Assembly: GCA_051362555.1 (NCBI GenBank)
Contig: CM120642.1
Location: 10,354,001 to 10,418,000 of the forward strand
DNA length: 64,000 nucleotides
From: Lingula anatina
Lineage: Eukaryota > Animalia > Brachiopoda
Direction of reading: 5' to 3'
The translations under genes and the position numbers were made by a program. The notes beneath the pieces were generated by a model. The model did not search any database and was not told the DNA's origin. It was given only the letters and a program-made list of their open reading frames with translations. This document shows, piece by piece, positions 50,596 through 64,000 of the stretch (positions within the stretch are counted from its first letter, which is position 1; the number at the start of each line of letters is the position of its first letter).

Positions 50596-53500
50596 GGAAG
50601 TCGTATTCTAAGATGGGCTAGAGGATTTTGCCAATAGAGGGCTTCGTGTGAATACTAGTTATTTTACATACCACTTGGTGCGCTGTATTCACATTCACAA
50701 AATGATGACGTAGACGTATGACCCTATTAAGCTCAAGTAAAAATATAAGAAGAAAATAGGGATAAGCGTACTTAACAGCAAGTCACAATTAAAATATATT
50801 AATTATGTTAACGTGTTTTCTTGTGTGTGTCGTTTTAAGGAATTGTACATGTAATGTGATAACAGAATAACTCAAATGAGTTGAAACAGCGTTGGAAGGA
50901 ACATATTTATGCACTATGTAAATTAACGTCACTTTAAATATTATTTACAAGCATTTTCACGTGATTATTTTAAAATGAATGTTTAATACAGATAACATGT
51001 TTCAGGGTGTCGACTTTGGCAAATGAAGCAGGTGGCGGGGGGGGGAGACATCATTTTGAATAATATAAAACGTGTATTATATTATTTATAAATGGGTAAA
51101 ACAATCCACATAATTATCAGGCCTACATACAGTGTATGTTATATTAACCGAGTATACTATATAAACTACCAATTGAGAATTGTTGAGGGTAATTAGTACC
51201 CCCCGCCCCCTTAAAGTTACTCTTTTGCAGCTGAAATTGTCAGTTACATCTAAGAGCATAGATAATCTAAGGATACTTGAAATTAAACAGATTAATTACA
51301 CTGTAAAAAATCACACCAATGGTCACTGTTAAAAATTAGAATTTTGAATCATAGTTCTAAATTGTACCAAATGGCACTGTTCGGCCTATTGAGGGGGGAC
51401 GTGGGTAAGCTTTCCATCTGTAGCCTGTCATGCCAAAAAAAGCCGGATCCCCCTTCAAATAATCCTGGATCCACCCCTGACATGCATGGATTATTTCTAA
51501 TTAGTAGTATCAATCCTGTGTCGAAAAAAGTGGCAGCAGGGTGTGGCTTAATTTGTCCATAGAAGTAGATTTGTCCTATATAAAGTTTATAATGTTAACC
51601 TGTAAATTGCTTCTTGCCCCCCCCCCCCCCCCCCCCCCCCGATTTGTGAATTTAATGCTAGCCCAGGAAGCATAAAAGCAAATGCTGTATATAAAGAAAT
51701 AACTCATTCTTCCAATTTATTGCCACCAACAAAGTATAATTTAACATATTAATTGATCCATTCTTACCAAGACAAATGTTCAAAGAAAAAATAATTAAAT
51801 TTACAGTTTCAATATGAAAGACATTTGTGGATGGATTGTGGATATTTTTTGTTTAAAGACTCCTTCGTTCTTTAGTAAATTCAATTTTTTGTTTCTTTTT
51901 CCTGTTAGGAATCTTGTAACTGAGGTTGTAGAAGTGAATATTTTATTAATTGTGTATTTATTTACTGAGCTGCGCATGATATATAATCCACCGAGCTTAA
52001 ACCTGTGAAACATATTGGGTCGAGAATTTTGCACATAAATGCCCACTTTTAAGCAATGCCGTTGGTTATTAAAAAATGGCAAAAACTAAAAAAGTGTAAT
52101 ACCAAAAGCATCAAAAATATATTTATTCTCATAAAACTTATAGTACTTTTAGCATTACCATGTCACCCACAGAAAAAAAGTGGTTTGAAAAAAAAAGAAA
52201 GAAAAAGATGCAGTTGATAAAAGGGAGTTTAAATAAATCTCAATTATTGAATATATTACATACATACATACTTATTTACACACACACACATTTATATAGG
52301 AGATTCACATTTCACATTGAATACATTGTAAACAACTCAGAGAAATATAAATTCTATTTTACCACTAAAATGGTGGTTCTTGCAATTATTCTGGAATCTG
52401 TGCTTGCCACTTAACCATGTGACCTTCACAGATGACTAACCTCTGATAATCTCTTAAGAGTTGAGGGAAATCCGAACTTATTTGTTCTTTTGGGTAGAGT
52501 ACTTCTCTTAAAATAAAATTCATTCACACTTGTCTTTAATAATACACAGTACATCATTGAAAATAAGATAAGAGGAGAGCCTCATCTTTTAATTAATATT
52601 TTACAACAATCAGTAGGTTAATCATTTTAAGTTACTGTTGCACATATATTGATTTCTCTTAGATAAACTGCATAAGGTGTGTTTACTGCAGGTAATAGAG
52701 ACCTTGGGTTGGAAGTGGAAAAAGTGTTGTGAACCATCCAAATTTAATTTTATTTTAAATAACTGTATTCCAGTATATCAATTTTTTTCATAAAATTAAC
52801 TTAGAGGGCTCTGGCATAACTTAAGATTGACTGGCCCTTTTACTTCACTTGCAGTGTTTCATTCAGATATATATATAAAAAGAAGGACATAAATACAGTA
52901 CAGTATTATACCCTTAATTCAGATGCCAGTGCACATGACTCTTTAACAAGTCCATCACCCAGACACCATTTTCAAAGAAATACCAACAGCATCCCATCTG
53001 CACCTTATAGAAATAGTAATAGTAATAAAAAATTTAAAAAATAATATATTAATGTAATGGAACCCCCACAGTTAAAGCAAAAGTTTGATCCAATATTCTT
53101 TATATATAATATTTGATGTGAGTATTTGGCAGTATATAATAGTAACATTATTTCCTGGATTTGGTAGTAGTGGCCCATTCCAGAATTATACTGGATCCAT
53201 TATCGTTTGTTTTAAATAGAGACATGTCACAGTTATAATCACTGGGCCACATAAGATTCCCCTTTGCACTTGTATAATTAAAAAAAACTGTCACAAGTGT
53301 TGCATTATGACAAAATTAACCTGCTCTTATGCCCAAATGGTATTATTTTGAAGTGCTTTTTATCTGCAGCATCTGAAAATCAAGAAAAAGATCCTATTAG
53401 TTATTAGCATTAAACATCAAACCAAAGGGACAACACAGTGACAGTTCCAGACAGACAGGTGGGAAAACATGACCCCATCTATTTTGGAAGCTACAAGAAT

Positions 53501-56066
53501 CCAGGAATTTTAAGTGTCAAAAACTGTAAGATCCTTAAAGGCTTTTTCTGGGCATAGTAAACTTTAAAGCAATCAAATGAATTGAATTCATAAATTTAAA
53601 TGTTAATGCATGTCTTGAAAATAAATATGAATACACATTACGTTAGAAATTATACAAGCTAGAATTACATTTTTTTTTGTATTTTAAATCTAATATCCAA
53701 CTCTTACTTATACATAAATATCATAATTATCATTATCATTTTTTAACAAAAATAAATTCCATATTCATACCAATATTTCTTAAAACCAGAATGGCCACAT
53801 TTAGCCTATTAAAAAGTCTGGCTGGCAGATCTTTGGTGTTTTGCCCAATCCATATACCAACAGGTGCTCCACTGCCTGAATAAAAATGAATAATGATAAC
53901 AAAATTTCTATTGATATACCAGGTAAAAAGGAAAATCCCTACACAATGGTTTAATGTATATATACAAATATGTCTATATACAAAGTTAATTTTGTTGTTC
54001 AATAATTTATGGGTAACTGTCTGTGCTGTTCGTAAAATGTTAATAAATTCACATTGGGTGTGTATACTTTTGCTCTGTGTTTATGTACATGGTCTGGTCA
54101 TATTGAATAATGTTAAACCCTTGCTCGGGATCTAAGTAATAAAGTATAAAAATTATTTTCATTGGCCTACAAATGTTTCTCTTGGGGACTCTTTAGAGGT
54201 GTACACGTTTAGAACTTATACTGAAATGTGTGCTTCCTAGGTAACATAACTCACATGTATACACCTCAGCCGACAAGTGTAGCCATCTACATGTAGTTGT
54301 TTTTCATGGCCAATGGTGACAAACTGGCACCCGATTTTTTTTACTCCTGAAGAAGTTGCTGAAAATATATTACGAGAAAAATTATACCTTTCAACCAAAT
54401 CATAATATTGAATTGTCTGCATCTTGCACATATAATTAACATAATTTATATAAACACAGGGGCAGATTAAAGATTTAGACCGTCTTCAGCTTACATAATT
54501 GGTGGGTATCTAATTTTTTCTGTTGGAAGACGGTCCAAAAAATAAAAGATGGATTGACAAAGATAATTTGGAAGACTCAGAAAATATCTCTGGATCCGCC
54601 CCCATAAACCTTTTATTAATATATATATATATATTTTACATGACGAGACTTTTTTAATATTCAACTACCCCCAGTTTCTTGTGATAATGTTCTATTCTTG
54701 GTCAGTCTCTCAAAGGGAATTGACATAGGTGAATTTACCCTCCTTTCTTCCACAATTCTAAGTACAATAGACACAACTAAAAAAATAATAAGCCCTAGTC
54801 AGTTCAATATGTCTTCATGTTTCACAAAATACAAAAATTGGTGTTGGGTGGAGAATAAGTCAAATGTCAGATCTAATACAGAGTACTAAAATTCTCCAAT
54901 TATGTCTTTTAACTTGTTTTAATATACAAATAAATGTAGCGATTTTTTTTATTAAAACAGGATAATTAAAAATTATATAGATTTGTTACTGCCTTATGTC
55001 AAGCATATCTTATAGCAGAGTTACAGTTATTGAAGAGATTATTAACTGCCTACATTTAATTTAGTAAAAACAACTCAAATACAAAATTTAAATCTAAGAG
55101 TCCCATATAATGGATTGAATACTTACCAAGACAGCATAGTACATGTCCTCATCTAATGCAAACTCTGACACATATAATATTCTCAGGTCTTTTTATATCA
55201 CTGACAGAGAAAAAATTAAAATCAGAAGCAAGTGGAATTTAATTCAAATTAATCTATTTATTGCAATTTGGGATAGAAAACAATTGTACTAACTAAATGC
55301 CACCAAACCTATACGTGTATGAAAAAAAAAGAAAATGTAGAGAAAGAAAAGTATTGAGAATAATGTTTTTTTTAAACATAAATAAGGAAGGTAACCTTTT
55401 TTAATAACAACTACATATATATCAATGCATTTTAAAAAGTGTCAGTACATTTAAAGGTGGTTATATAAAATTCAATTTTTTCATTATACAGATATTTGAG
55501 GTTTAATTTATAACACCTATCACAAAAAACAGTGCAATGTTCTTTGAGACATAATGAAAAGGAGAAAAAATTAAGTCAAAAGAAATATTTATGTATAATG
55601 GCTAAAAAATTATTGATTTTTTTTTCTTTAAAGCATATTCATTTACCTATTCAAAGAGAATATGGGTAACCTTAGAAAAATAAGCCATGCCTTCATAATA
55701 TACAATCCTGGACATTACATGAAGGCTCACATGGAATGAAACACCTGTAAAAAGAACAATTTAAATGATGATGTTTCTACCTCATATGACCAAAGCATTC
55801 ATTTTCTTTTAAAGATCTTGGAAACATTTTGACAGCTTTAAAGTTATAATATGTATTATTCAAACACGTAAACATAATAAATTTAAATAGCGACCTTCAT
55901 TGCTGTCATATCAAGTTTACCGCTATTTTCAGCTTAACAGTAATATGTCTACGTCATCATTTTGTGAATGGGAATACAGCGCACCAAGTGGTATGAAAAA
56001 TAACTAGTTTTCACACGAAGCCCTCTATTGGCAAAATCCTCTAGCCCATCTTAGAATACGACTTCC
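50596..56066. mobile_element. Mutator/MULE-like DNA transposon, non-autonomous or decayed (5471 bp)
   Basis: 120-bp TIRs (50596-50715 and 55947-56066, 3 mismatches) starting GGAAGTCGTATTCTAAG; exact 9-bp TSD GTGCCTATA (50587-50595 and 56067-56075). No long internal ORF. Confidence 0.88.
54457..54604. mobile_element. Second copy of the 11316 MITE family, inverted, nested in the MULE
   Basis: Reverse-complement similarity to 11316-11483 (gtatctaattttttctgt..gaagacggtc, caaagataatttggaagact, ...ggatccgcccc). Confidence 0.75.
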
Positions 56067-57468
56067 GTGCCTATATGGCTGGGTAAGTTCTTCACTTTGA
56101 GGAGATTATAAACGGATGCGTGACGTCATGTATTAAATATCGTCCTTCTTTCTTTTCATTCAATGAAATTACTTGCGTTGGATATCATAAGAGATTGGGT
56201 AAACTAAAGGTATGCCACCTTTTTGTATTGAGATATCATTGTATGGGATCACTGTTAGTGATTATGTTTTATTTTCAGTAATCTAAGACCTTGCTCTCCT
56301 TGTTAAATCTTGCCGGCTGACTGCTAGTGCTACTAGCACTGCTACTGGTAGTACGTATGTACGTACCATCGACTGGTAATAATTTAGTATTAATTCAGAA
56401 TTATTGCTGACTAATGGATGCCTGGGTTAATTTTCTGACACAAGCCCCGGCATGTCCTCTTTGCCACACTCTAAACTTTGTGATATACGGTTTTTGTGAC
56501 TTATGAGTCTCAAACTCCGCTTTATAATTGTTATGAGTGATTAGACATTTTCTCCTTCATAACGTTATAAGAATAAAAAAAAAAAACAGATATTTAGTGA
56601 ATCAGATCACCAAAATGATGCTAAGGCATCACTGGCAGGTGAAATCTGCTTTATTACGTCTTGGACAATGATATTATTAAGTCAGTATAGGGAGGGTGGG
56701 CAAAACAGTCATGGCACATTAATAAGTTTATCATGGATTTATACTAAATACACTTTCTCTCATTATCAACTTAAGCCATGGGTATCCTGTCTATTATTTT
56801 TACTACTCAAATAATTGCTCAACCAGTCCTTACATTTTGATTTGATATATTATATAGTACACATGCACCATTTGCTTCTTGCATACATATAATAAACATA
56901 TTTTTCAAAGCCTACCAAAATATTTAATCATTTGCAGAAAATTGAATAAGTAGATATAATCGTAATAAGACCAAAGCCAGCCATCAGCATTATTATTATT
57001 ATTATCATTATTATTATTATTATTAATGTTATCATAATAATGTTATATGTTTCTTTCATTTAAATTTTTCGTAATAAGGTTCATTGCTGCTTCAGCAAGA
57101 AAGATAATAATTCAACCTCAAGTTGAATTGTGCATTTTTGCCTTGGGGCAGTGACCTCAAAGGGTTACAGCTTGCAACAGTTCGAAATCATTTTCTTGGA
57201 TTTGTAACTTTGTAGCTGCATGTACATCATAATCTTGAAAATCCTATGTCTTCTGGCTATATCTTCTGGTTGCAGTAATTAAGGGCTTTATTTTCCTTTT
57301 GGACTTGGCCAGAAGTAAAAAAAATATAATAAAAGAAGAAGAAAAAATCTATTGTCCTTGATTTAGTCTATAGGTACTAGTATTTGGTCCAGTGTGTGAC
57401 CAGACCATCAGAGTATATTGTTGCACTATTTATTTCAGTTCAGGAGGTAAGACTCAGTGGAAAGTATC

Positions 57469-58642
57469 ATGGCTGAAACTGATGATGGAGCAACACGGAG
57501 GCCTGGTGAAGATACCAGTAACACATCAACACAGGGATATAACTGGAATGAAGTCATTGTAAGTAAGGCAAAACTACCAATTCAAGTCTGGGGTAGCGCT
57601 AGCAATTTTTTTCACTTAGCCAAAATGCTACTTTTTCATTACTTTTTTTCACAAAATGGTTTAAATTTTACTAAATAAAGTAAAATCATCCCTATTTTGT
57701 TTAGCCAGCTGAAGTCAGTTTTAGCATTTGGCGCTACCCCAGCAACTAATTATCATAGTTTTGACTTATTAAAATATGATAATTACAACCACTAGCACAT
57801 CTATTGTTGACATTATGGACTAATTGTTTGTAAAATGGTCTGAGACTAGAAATACAAAGTTGACTGTACGCAGTTGACTATCCAATTTTAGCAGTCTAGG
57901 ATAGGCACTAGAACTTGAGGCTTTATGTAAACCAGGCCCCAGCTGTGGGCCCAAGTGAGTGCAGCTAGAATTTCACACAGAGATTTTATCTCATCTCTTT
58001 TCCTTCAGGCACATATGAAGGCTAATAAAATAGAGAGTGGCCTTTGGCTGACCAGGATATGCAGTGTGTTCTTCAGTATACTCTTTATATTCCCTATCAC
58101 TGGGTAAGTAATACATCTCATTCTGACTGCTTCAGGCACTAGAGGAGGTTAAGGTATTGTGTTAGGTGTTCTCTGTTGTTTTTAAACATTCACACCTGAT
58201 GCAATTAGTGGTTGAAGTTACCTTGATACTAGCAGATTTTAATGCAACATAACCTTTGTTTCTTTGATATGTGTATTAGATTTATAACAGTATTAGCAGA
58301 GTGTCAAACATGTGAATTTATACTTGTGTTATTTGTCTTGAATAGAAGTATAGAGATTAGGTTAATTACAATAAAATTTTGCTTTAAGTACTAGAACTAT
58401 TACTTCCAGTGATATGTAAAAAAAGGAATATCAATTTTCTTTTGTTTTTCTGCACAGAGGAAATCCTCAAAGTTATTATCAGAAGGCGCTGATCAGCAAT
58501 GCAGCTACGAGTGCACTACGACTTCATCAGAGGCTGCCCAATTTTCAAATGAGCAGAGAATTCTTCACACAGATGTTTCAGGAAGACAGCTGTCATTACT
58601 TGTTTTTTTCTCTTATTCTGATGACAGTCTATCCAATGACAA
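57469..58642 (+). CDS. TMEM33: Transmembrane protein 33 (TMEM33/Pom33/Kr-h2 family), 5' coding exons; 3' part beyond the window
   Basis: Exons 57469-57558 (MAETDDG...NEVI), 58009-58103 (AHMKANKIESGLWLTRICSVFFSILFIFPITG), 58458-58642 (YYQKALISNAATSALRLHQRLPNFQMSREFFTQMFQEDSCHYLFFSLILMTVYPMT). Matches TMEM33 signatures ANALTSALRLHQRLP and LEDSCHYLLYSL. Confidence 0.93.
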
Positions 58643-58651
58643 GTATCCTTT
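58643..58651 (+). other. U12-type (minor spliceosome) 5' splice site of a TMEM33 intron
   Basis: The exon ends ...ATGACAA|GTATCCTTT, an exact match to the U12 donor consensus RTATCCTTT. Confidence 0.85.
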
Positions 58652-60825
58652 ATAGAAATACAATATTTTTGTGATCCACCAACTCTAAAAAATTATTTTT
58701 TCAAAATGCAACATGCGTCCGGATAAAAACATATATGAGAAGACCATTTTAAGATATTGGGAAATTAAATGATAATATAACTGGAAATAATCCCAGTCAT
58801 TCAGTGTAAAAGTATTATGATAGTGGTATATTTACGTATATAGAAATACTTTGACAAAGAAATGCAATTTTGTAACATGCTCTGTGGAGTTGCAGATTGC
58901 AGTAACCATTGTATTAAGGTGGCCTCATAATATAAGATGAAAGACCCACACTGTCAAATAATTTTATAGACTGGGATCTTTTTATATACAGACACTTTGT
59001 GTTTGTACATATAGCCATCACCTCTGTTGTCTGTTTACTAGCCGTGCACTTTTCACCCTTAACATAATTTATGGAAAACTGTGTGACTTATTATCAAATG
59101 TGATGTTTTCTTTTTGTTGTTCACTTAATATGCTATACTTCTTTAATTAGAGAGAAATTGAGATCAAGTGCTTTTATATTGAAAAAAAGCATTTTATGAT
59201 ATTGATAGTTTTGTAGCTAAATAAAAAACAAAGTCATCTTTAAAAAATATGTATAACATATTAAAGCTCCATGATATACAATTCATTAATGTTTCAGTTC
59301 ATATTACATAAGGCTAGGACATAAAATGCACAGCATGTAATTATAACCCAGAACAAAGTCAGGATTTAATAAGTGATTAGGATTCTCGTATTCATTGTTG
59401 AAACCACATCAGCTGAATTTATATGAACTGCCTTCGAAATAGTCAAATTTGACAGTGTTTTACAAATTTATGATAAGTAGTTCACATTAAAGTACATAAA
59501 TCTTCTAGATGCATTGATAATCTAGTTGTGATTATGTGGAAAATTCCACTCAGATATTCCAAAACAAAATTTCTCTTTCATGTAACTTTGCAGAATCAGT
59601 GGATAGTTTACAGGGCTAGTTCGGCATATGAAAGCCGTCTTTCGTACTAGAAGGTCACCCTTAGTACATTATTTCCCATTGGTCAGTTTTGTGGCCTAGA
59701 CGGGGACCATGCTCACCATCCAGGGCAGTAGTGACCCGTATCATAACCTTACTTACTCCTTGTGCAGGTGCTGTCATTTGTGTGGAAATCTTCGAGGTCA
59801 CACATCAGGAGTTTGACCCCAAAATGCCATGGCCATTCCCCTTTAAAAAGTGGTCAAATTGTATTTGATGTGCCTTTCTGTACATCGTTTATCAAACCTA
59901 TAAATTGTGTATATGATGTAAACACATTTTCTGATCTAAATAGAACTTAAAAGAAATATTGATTTATTAATGTATGTGTGGCACTGAATCAGATAAAGAT
60001 ATTTTTTCAGTATTTTTTAATTGTCAGAAAAGTAGAAGCAGAACACTGAAACTACTCCTAGGTTTTGCTCTATTGCATTGTATTTTATTTTAGTTATGAA
60101 GTTTGTTACATATACAATATTATGCTTAACCTCAAGCTGTGCCAATTATATGGCTCAAGTGATAAGTGTATTATCATCTATATCATACAGTGACTTTTTT
60201 GTAACCCAGTTTTGAATTCTTGCTGAAGTGGCAACCTTATCAGATTAAGCTGGGTGAAAACAATATCACTTGTCCTTGGTGAATGCATTGGGCAGTCCAT
60301 CATGAGTCTTTTGCTCTGCTTATTACTGTAGGCCTAGACACAGGGGAGGAATCTATTAACATAACCTTGAGGGTAGTAATATTAACTCCTCAGCACAAAA
60401 ATCTTCCATAGTGCCATGTTGTATCAAGCAGACCCTAGCACAGGGAGTTCTTGTTAAGTCAGATACACCAAACTAAATATAACAATGGGGTATTTTGACA
60501 TGACAGAAATTAGGATTTGATAAATAAGTGAGATTCTGAAAAAAATTTTAACTTGTTACAGGCAAGAAGTAAATAAATGGATAGTCTTGTAAAGATAACA
60601 TTACCTGTAGATGTGTAATGTGGTTAATCTCAGCACAATCTCAGACCCTCTACAGCTAATATAACAGTGGGCGTAAAATTGATGCAGGTTTTTTATTCAG
60701 AACTTTTGGCATGGTCATATCAGGTCTTACTTAGAAAATTTACTTATTTTAATCAGCAGATTATATTGGGACCCTTGCTGCAAAGTATACATATATAGTT
60801 TTCAATCTGGTCACAGGCTGGCATT

Positions 60826-60906
60826 ACCATTTCTGGTCTAAATCAGTCCTGTGTGAACTTGCCTACCACCATTTCTGGTCTAAATCAGTCCTGTGTGAAC
60901 TTGCCT
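60826..60906. repeat. Direct tandem duplication, 42-bp period
   Basis: accatttctggtctaaatcagtcctgtgtgaacttgcct occurs twice. Confidence 0.85.
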
Positions 60907-62499
60907 TAACACTGATTACCTGACATCGCTATATTAACTTACATAAGCTGGTAGTGTCTTTTCTCAGACAACACTATTTGTAATGTGTGACCATTTTCTG
61001 GGACATTTATTCAACACTTGCATTGCATTTGGCACAAGGGAATTTTACAAGGTATAAACAGTTGTGTAATTGGCGTACCTTAATTCTCATTCAGCAGTTA
61101 AGGTATTTAACATAGACTGGGACTTTTTTTGAAACCTACACATTAACTACCTGATAAGAAACATTTTTCTTTTTAGAACTTCCAAAATTTCCTTTCTATA
61201 GTTTCACTGACATCACAAGATGGGCATCTCACAGAATGACTGCAGTTAAAAATGAGTCTTAGGTAATAGAGTATTAAAGAAATGAAGTAGCCTAAGCTTA
61301 GTTTCACAAAGAATGTTGCAGTAATAGGCCACTTGCATTAATGTTACTTTATGCTTTTTATGCTCCTTTCACATTGCCATTTGGAAAGTCAAATTTTCTC
61401 CGATTCTAATTGCTTGTATAAAATTTGAATTGCTTTTGTGTACAAAGAAGTGAATCCAATTCCCTTGGCTAAAAATCCAGGTCCCCAATTACTGTTTTAT
61501 CAATCGTGTATGTGCTGCACAGGAGACCATGAGCATACAAAAATATTGCGTCATGCACTGCACTATTCCTCCAGATTTTTTACCTTCTGTGAAAAACTGT
61601 TTATTTGGATCATCATCTACAATACAAAAACATCACAGCAACCTTATCAGGTACATTTTGAACAATAAAAGGAAACACACATGTTGACAGATAATTGGCT
61701 GGTAGGGTTCCTTTTCTGGTGTCCTGAGTGTGCATGCTCATATAGCCCCTCACCTGTTTCCAGTTGCAATGTGCTATCTGAAATGCTCTCAGAAACCCCC
61801 AATCCACTGCTTGTCTAGAAAAATGGAGTAGATGGGGTATTAAGTAAGCACCAGAAGAGTGAATTTTGTCTTGTCAGTAGTGATAGTGGCTCATTTAGGA
61901 ATGTCAGCTACATTAACTTGGGACCACTTATGCTCTAAGACCAATATTGCATAGTTGACTTCATGCGTTTGGCTAAACTTTTAGCAAGGTGAGTGTGAAT
62001 CCCAGTATAGGTAGGGATTTTTGAAAAACTCTGAAGTGTCTTGGGATCTGACTGAATTCTGATGTCAGTTGGACCAAGGAGGTGTGTGGGATCCCAGTGT
62101 AAATGAACAGTTATGAATACAGCTGTAGAAAACCATCCTGAGATGCAAAGATTATTGGGAACTCCGTTAACATCAAGTCCTGCTTTTCCATTTATTGTTA
62201 GTCTAACATTTCACTTACTGAAAAAGGCGTGCACGATGAATCCCAGAAGCTTGAGGTGCAGGAATCCCATTAGTAGCATGCAATTTTGTTAGTTGTAACT
62301 TCACTGTCAGACTAAATGAAAGTTTTTGATTGACTTTCATTTGGGTTGATTCTTTTCTTTCTATGGTGCTTAGGCTCAGGACATTGGCAACTGCCTCATA
62401 TTCTAAGAATTGTCATTTATAGTTCTATCCTTTAGTCATGCGTAACTGAACCTGAGCCTTGTAAATTCACTTCATTTTAACACTAATAGCTTGTTTTCT

Positions 62500-63318
62500 T
62501 CAAGTTATTTCCTGTATTGTCTCATCATATGTATCCACAGTTATTCTATGTTCTCGTGAGCTGCTGGAAACATCATTGTTTGTAACAGAACTGGAACCAT
62601 ACTGTCTTGCTTCTTCATTGGGCTGATGCTGCCTCCTATTGCCAAGTACAAACACTGTGTGTCTTTCCCGAACTCTTCTGTCACCGTCACCACCAAAACA
62701 AGACCCGGAACTGCTTCGGCTCTTCCAGCACATTGAAGCTATAACAATAATTATCAGAAATACAACTGCAGTAATGGAGCCTCCAATAAGCCCTGAGGCT
62801 ACTGTGAAAGAAGACGCATGTTGAAGACTCGTCGCATTTTTCACACTGTCAGGTCCTCTACTTTCTGATGCAAATTGAAGATTTGTAGGAAAATCTTTAG
62901 TGGTTGTTGGAACCAGCAAACCTTTCATGGTGCATATACGTGTCCTATTGTGTAATACACATACATCCCATTTGTTAAAGCACAGTTATTTTAGAAAATG
63001 ATAAAAAACTTTTCTCTGTAGAGTTGTTTTTATCATGATACCTGTGCACACCCTTTGAACACTTTGGGCACTGTCCTCAATATTACCTACACTTGATATC
63101 CAAAATGGTTTGGCTCAATTCCAAGTGACATTGAACTAGTACGCAAACCTGGAAGCAAAATGAAATAAGATTGTAAACAAGTAACCACAAGAGGATATGT
63201 CGTGATTCGTGTTACTATTTTTATTTTTAAACAGTTTGATCAAGTGTATCTCACATACCTTTCAGCACCATTCGCCAGTGATGTAACAGACTTTTTTGCA
63301 AGTCATCAGTCGAAGAAT
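62500..63318 (-). pseudogene. Degraded or partial single-pass membrane protein gene, antisense within the TMEM33 intron
   Basis: ORF 62500..62928 has a S/T-rich stalk, a TM (GLIGGSITAVVFLIIIVIASMCW-KSR) and a tail. Upstream splice-bounded segments (63259-63318; acceptor before 63148) give Cys-containing peptides broken by stops/frameshift. Confidence 0.4.
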
Positions 63319-63465
63319 CTGAAAATTAAAATAGATCCATGATTTCAGGTTTTAATAAAGAAACCTGGAAATAAGTAACTAAATACAAACCCTCTTTTTT
63401 GGAATCGAATCACTATTTGATTTTCTTTTACCTTGGTATACTGGTAATTGACTGGCTTAAATCAA

Positions 63466-63566
63466 GGACTATGAATTCTGCGTTACATTTGGTCCAAAAT
63501 CAGGTTGCAAAGTGATCGTGGACTATGAGTTCTACGTTACTGGTCCAAAATCGGGTTGCAAGGTGA
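63466..63566. repeat. Imperfect tandem duplication, ~54-bp period
   Basis: ggactatga.ttct.cgttac...tggtccaaaatc.ggttgcaa.gtga occurs twice. Confidence 0.75.
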
Positions 63567-64000
63567 CAGCTTAAGTAGTCACATGTCATCTGACATGTGA
63601 TGGTCAATAAAGGGGGTGACCCTGAATACTCCCATTCATCAGTGACCATGACCCACAGGGTCAGATTACATCCTTTAGTTCATAAAGGTTTATCCTTCAA
63701 TGATTTATGTTTTTGTGGTTTTATGGAATCACCAAGTACAACAACATTATAATGTGGGGTTTTCTACCTGTCACTGTCTGCACAATAAACATTTCAGCCC
63801 TGTGGTCAAATGGACTCGTAGGCCTCATGCAGAAAATTACTGGCCCAAATCCAACGCCTAATTTTTGCTAGTCAGTTGCTACAGAGTTGTGGTTAATGCT
63901 GTAAATTGCTGCTTACCAAGAGTTTACAGAGAGCCACAGGGAAGACAAATTTTTTTTTTTTTTTTTTTTTGTTTTTTTAATTTACCATGTTTTTACCATC

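Noticed and set aside
59050-61100. Candidate U12 branch points (cccttaac ~59057, gccttaac ~60903) and acceptor at ~59767 for the next TMEM33 exon
   Set aside because: Downstream translations do not resemble TMEM33 and hit stops.

Overview
Eukaryotic, AT-rich, intron-containing animal DNA (invertebrate-like; species not determinable); no prokaryotic features, rRNA/tRNA or CRISPR seen. Most of the window (1-48 kb) is a head-to-tail array of three minus-strand paralogues whose exons I reconstructed by hand from GT-AG sites, consistent phases and three-way homology. All three share a 10-exon N-terminal cassette: signal peptide, EMI, EGF, UMOD/GP2/OIT3-type D8C (D10C) domain and Ca-binding EGFs. 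Copies A (runs off the left edge) and B (complete, 18 exons, 2578 aa) continue into a Thr-rich stalk, an EGF, an unassigned domain and a ~4.4-kb exon (polybasic/furin sites, long helical hairpin with a 10-Cys aromatic tip, 2 Ig domains), then an ephrin-receptor-like Cys repeat; in B a TM helix and a Tyr-free tail follow. Copy C (16 exons, 957 aa) joins the same cassette, with one EGF exon duplicated, to an unrelated C-terminus: SUEL-lectin-like, CUB-like, Gly/Ser stalk, TM, and a 10-Tyr signalling tail. It is an apparent exon-shuffled chimera. The right end holds MITEs, a decayed Tc1, a 5.47-kb Mutator-like element (120-bp TIRs, 9-bp TSD) and the 5' part of TMEM33 (+), whose U12-type intron contains a degraded antisense membrane-protein gene.
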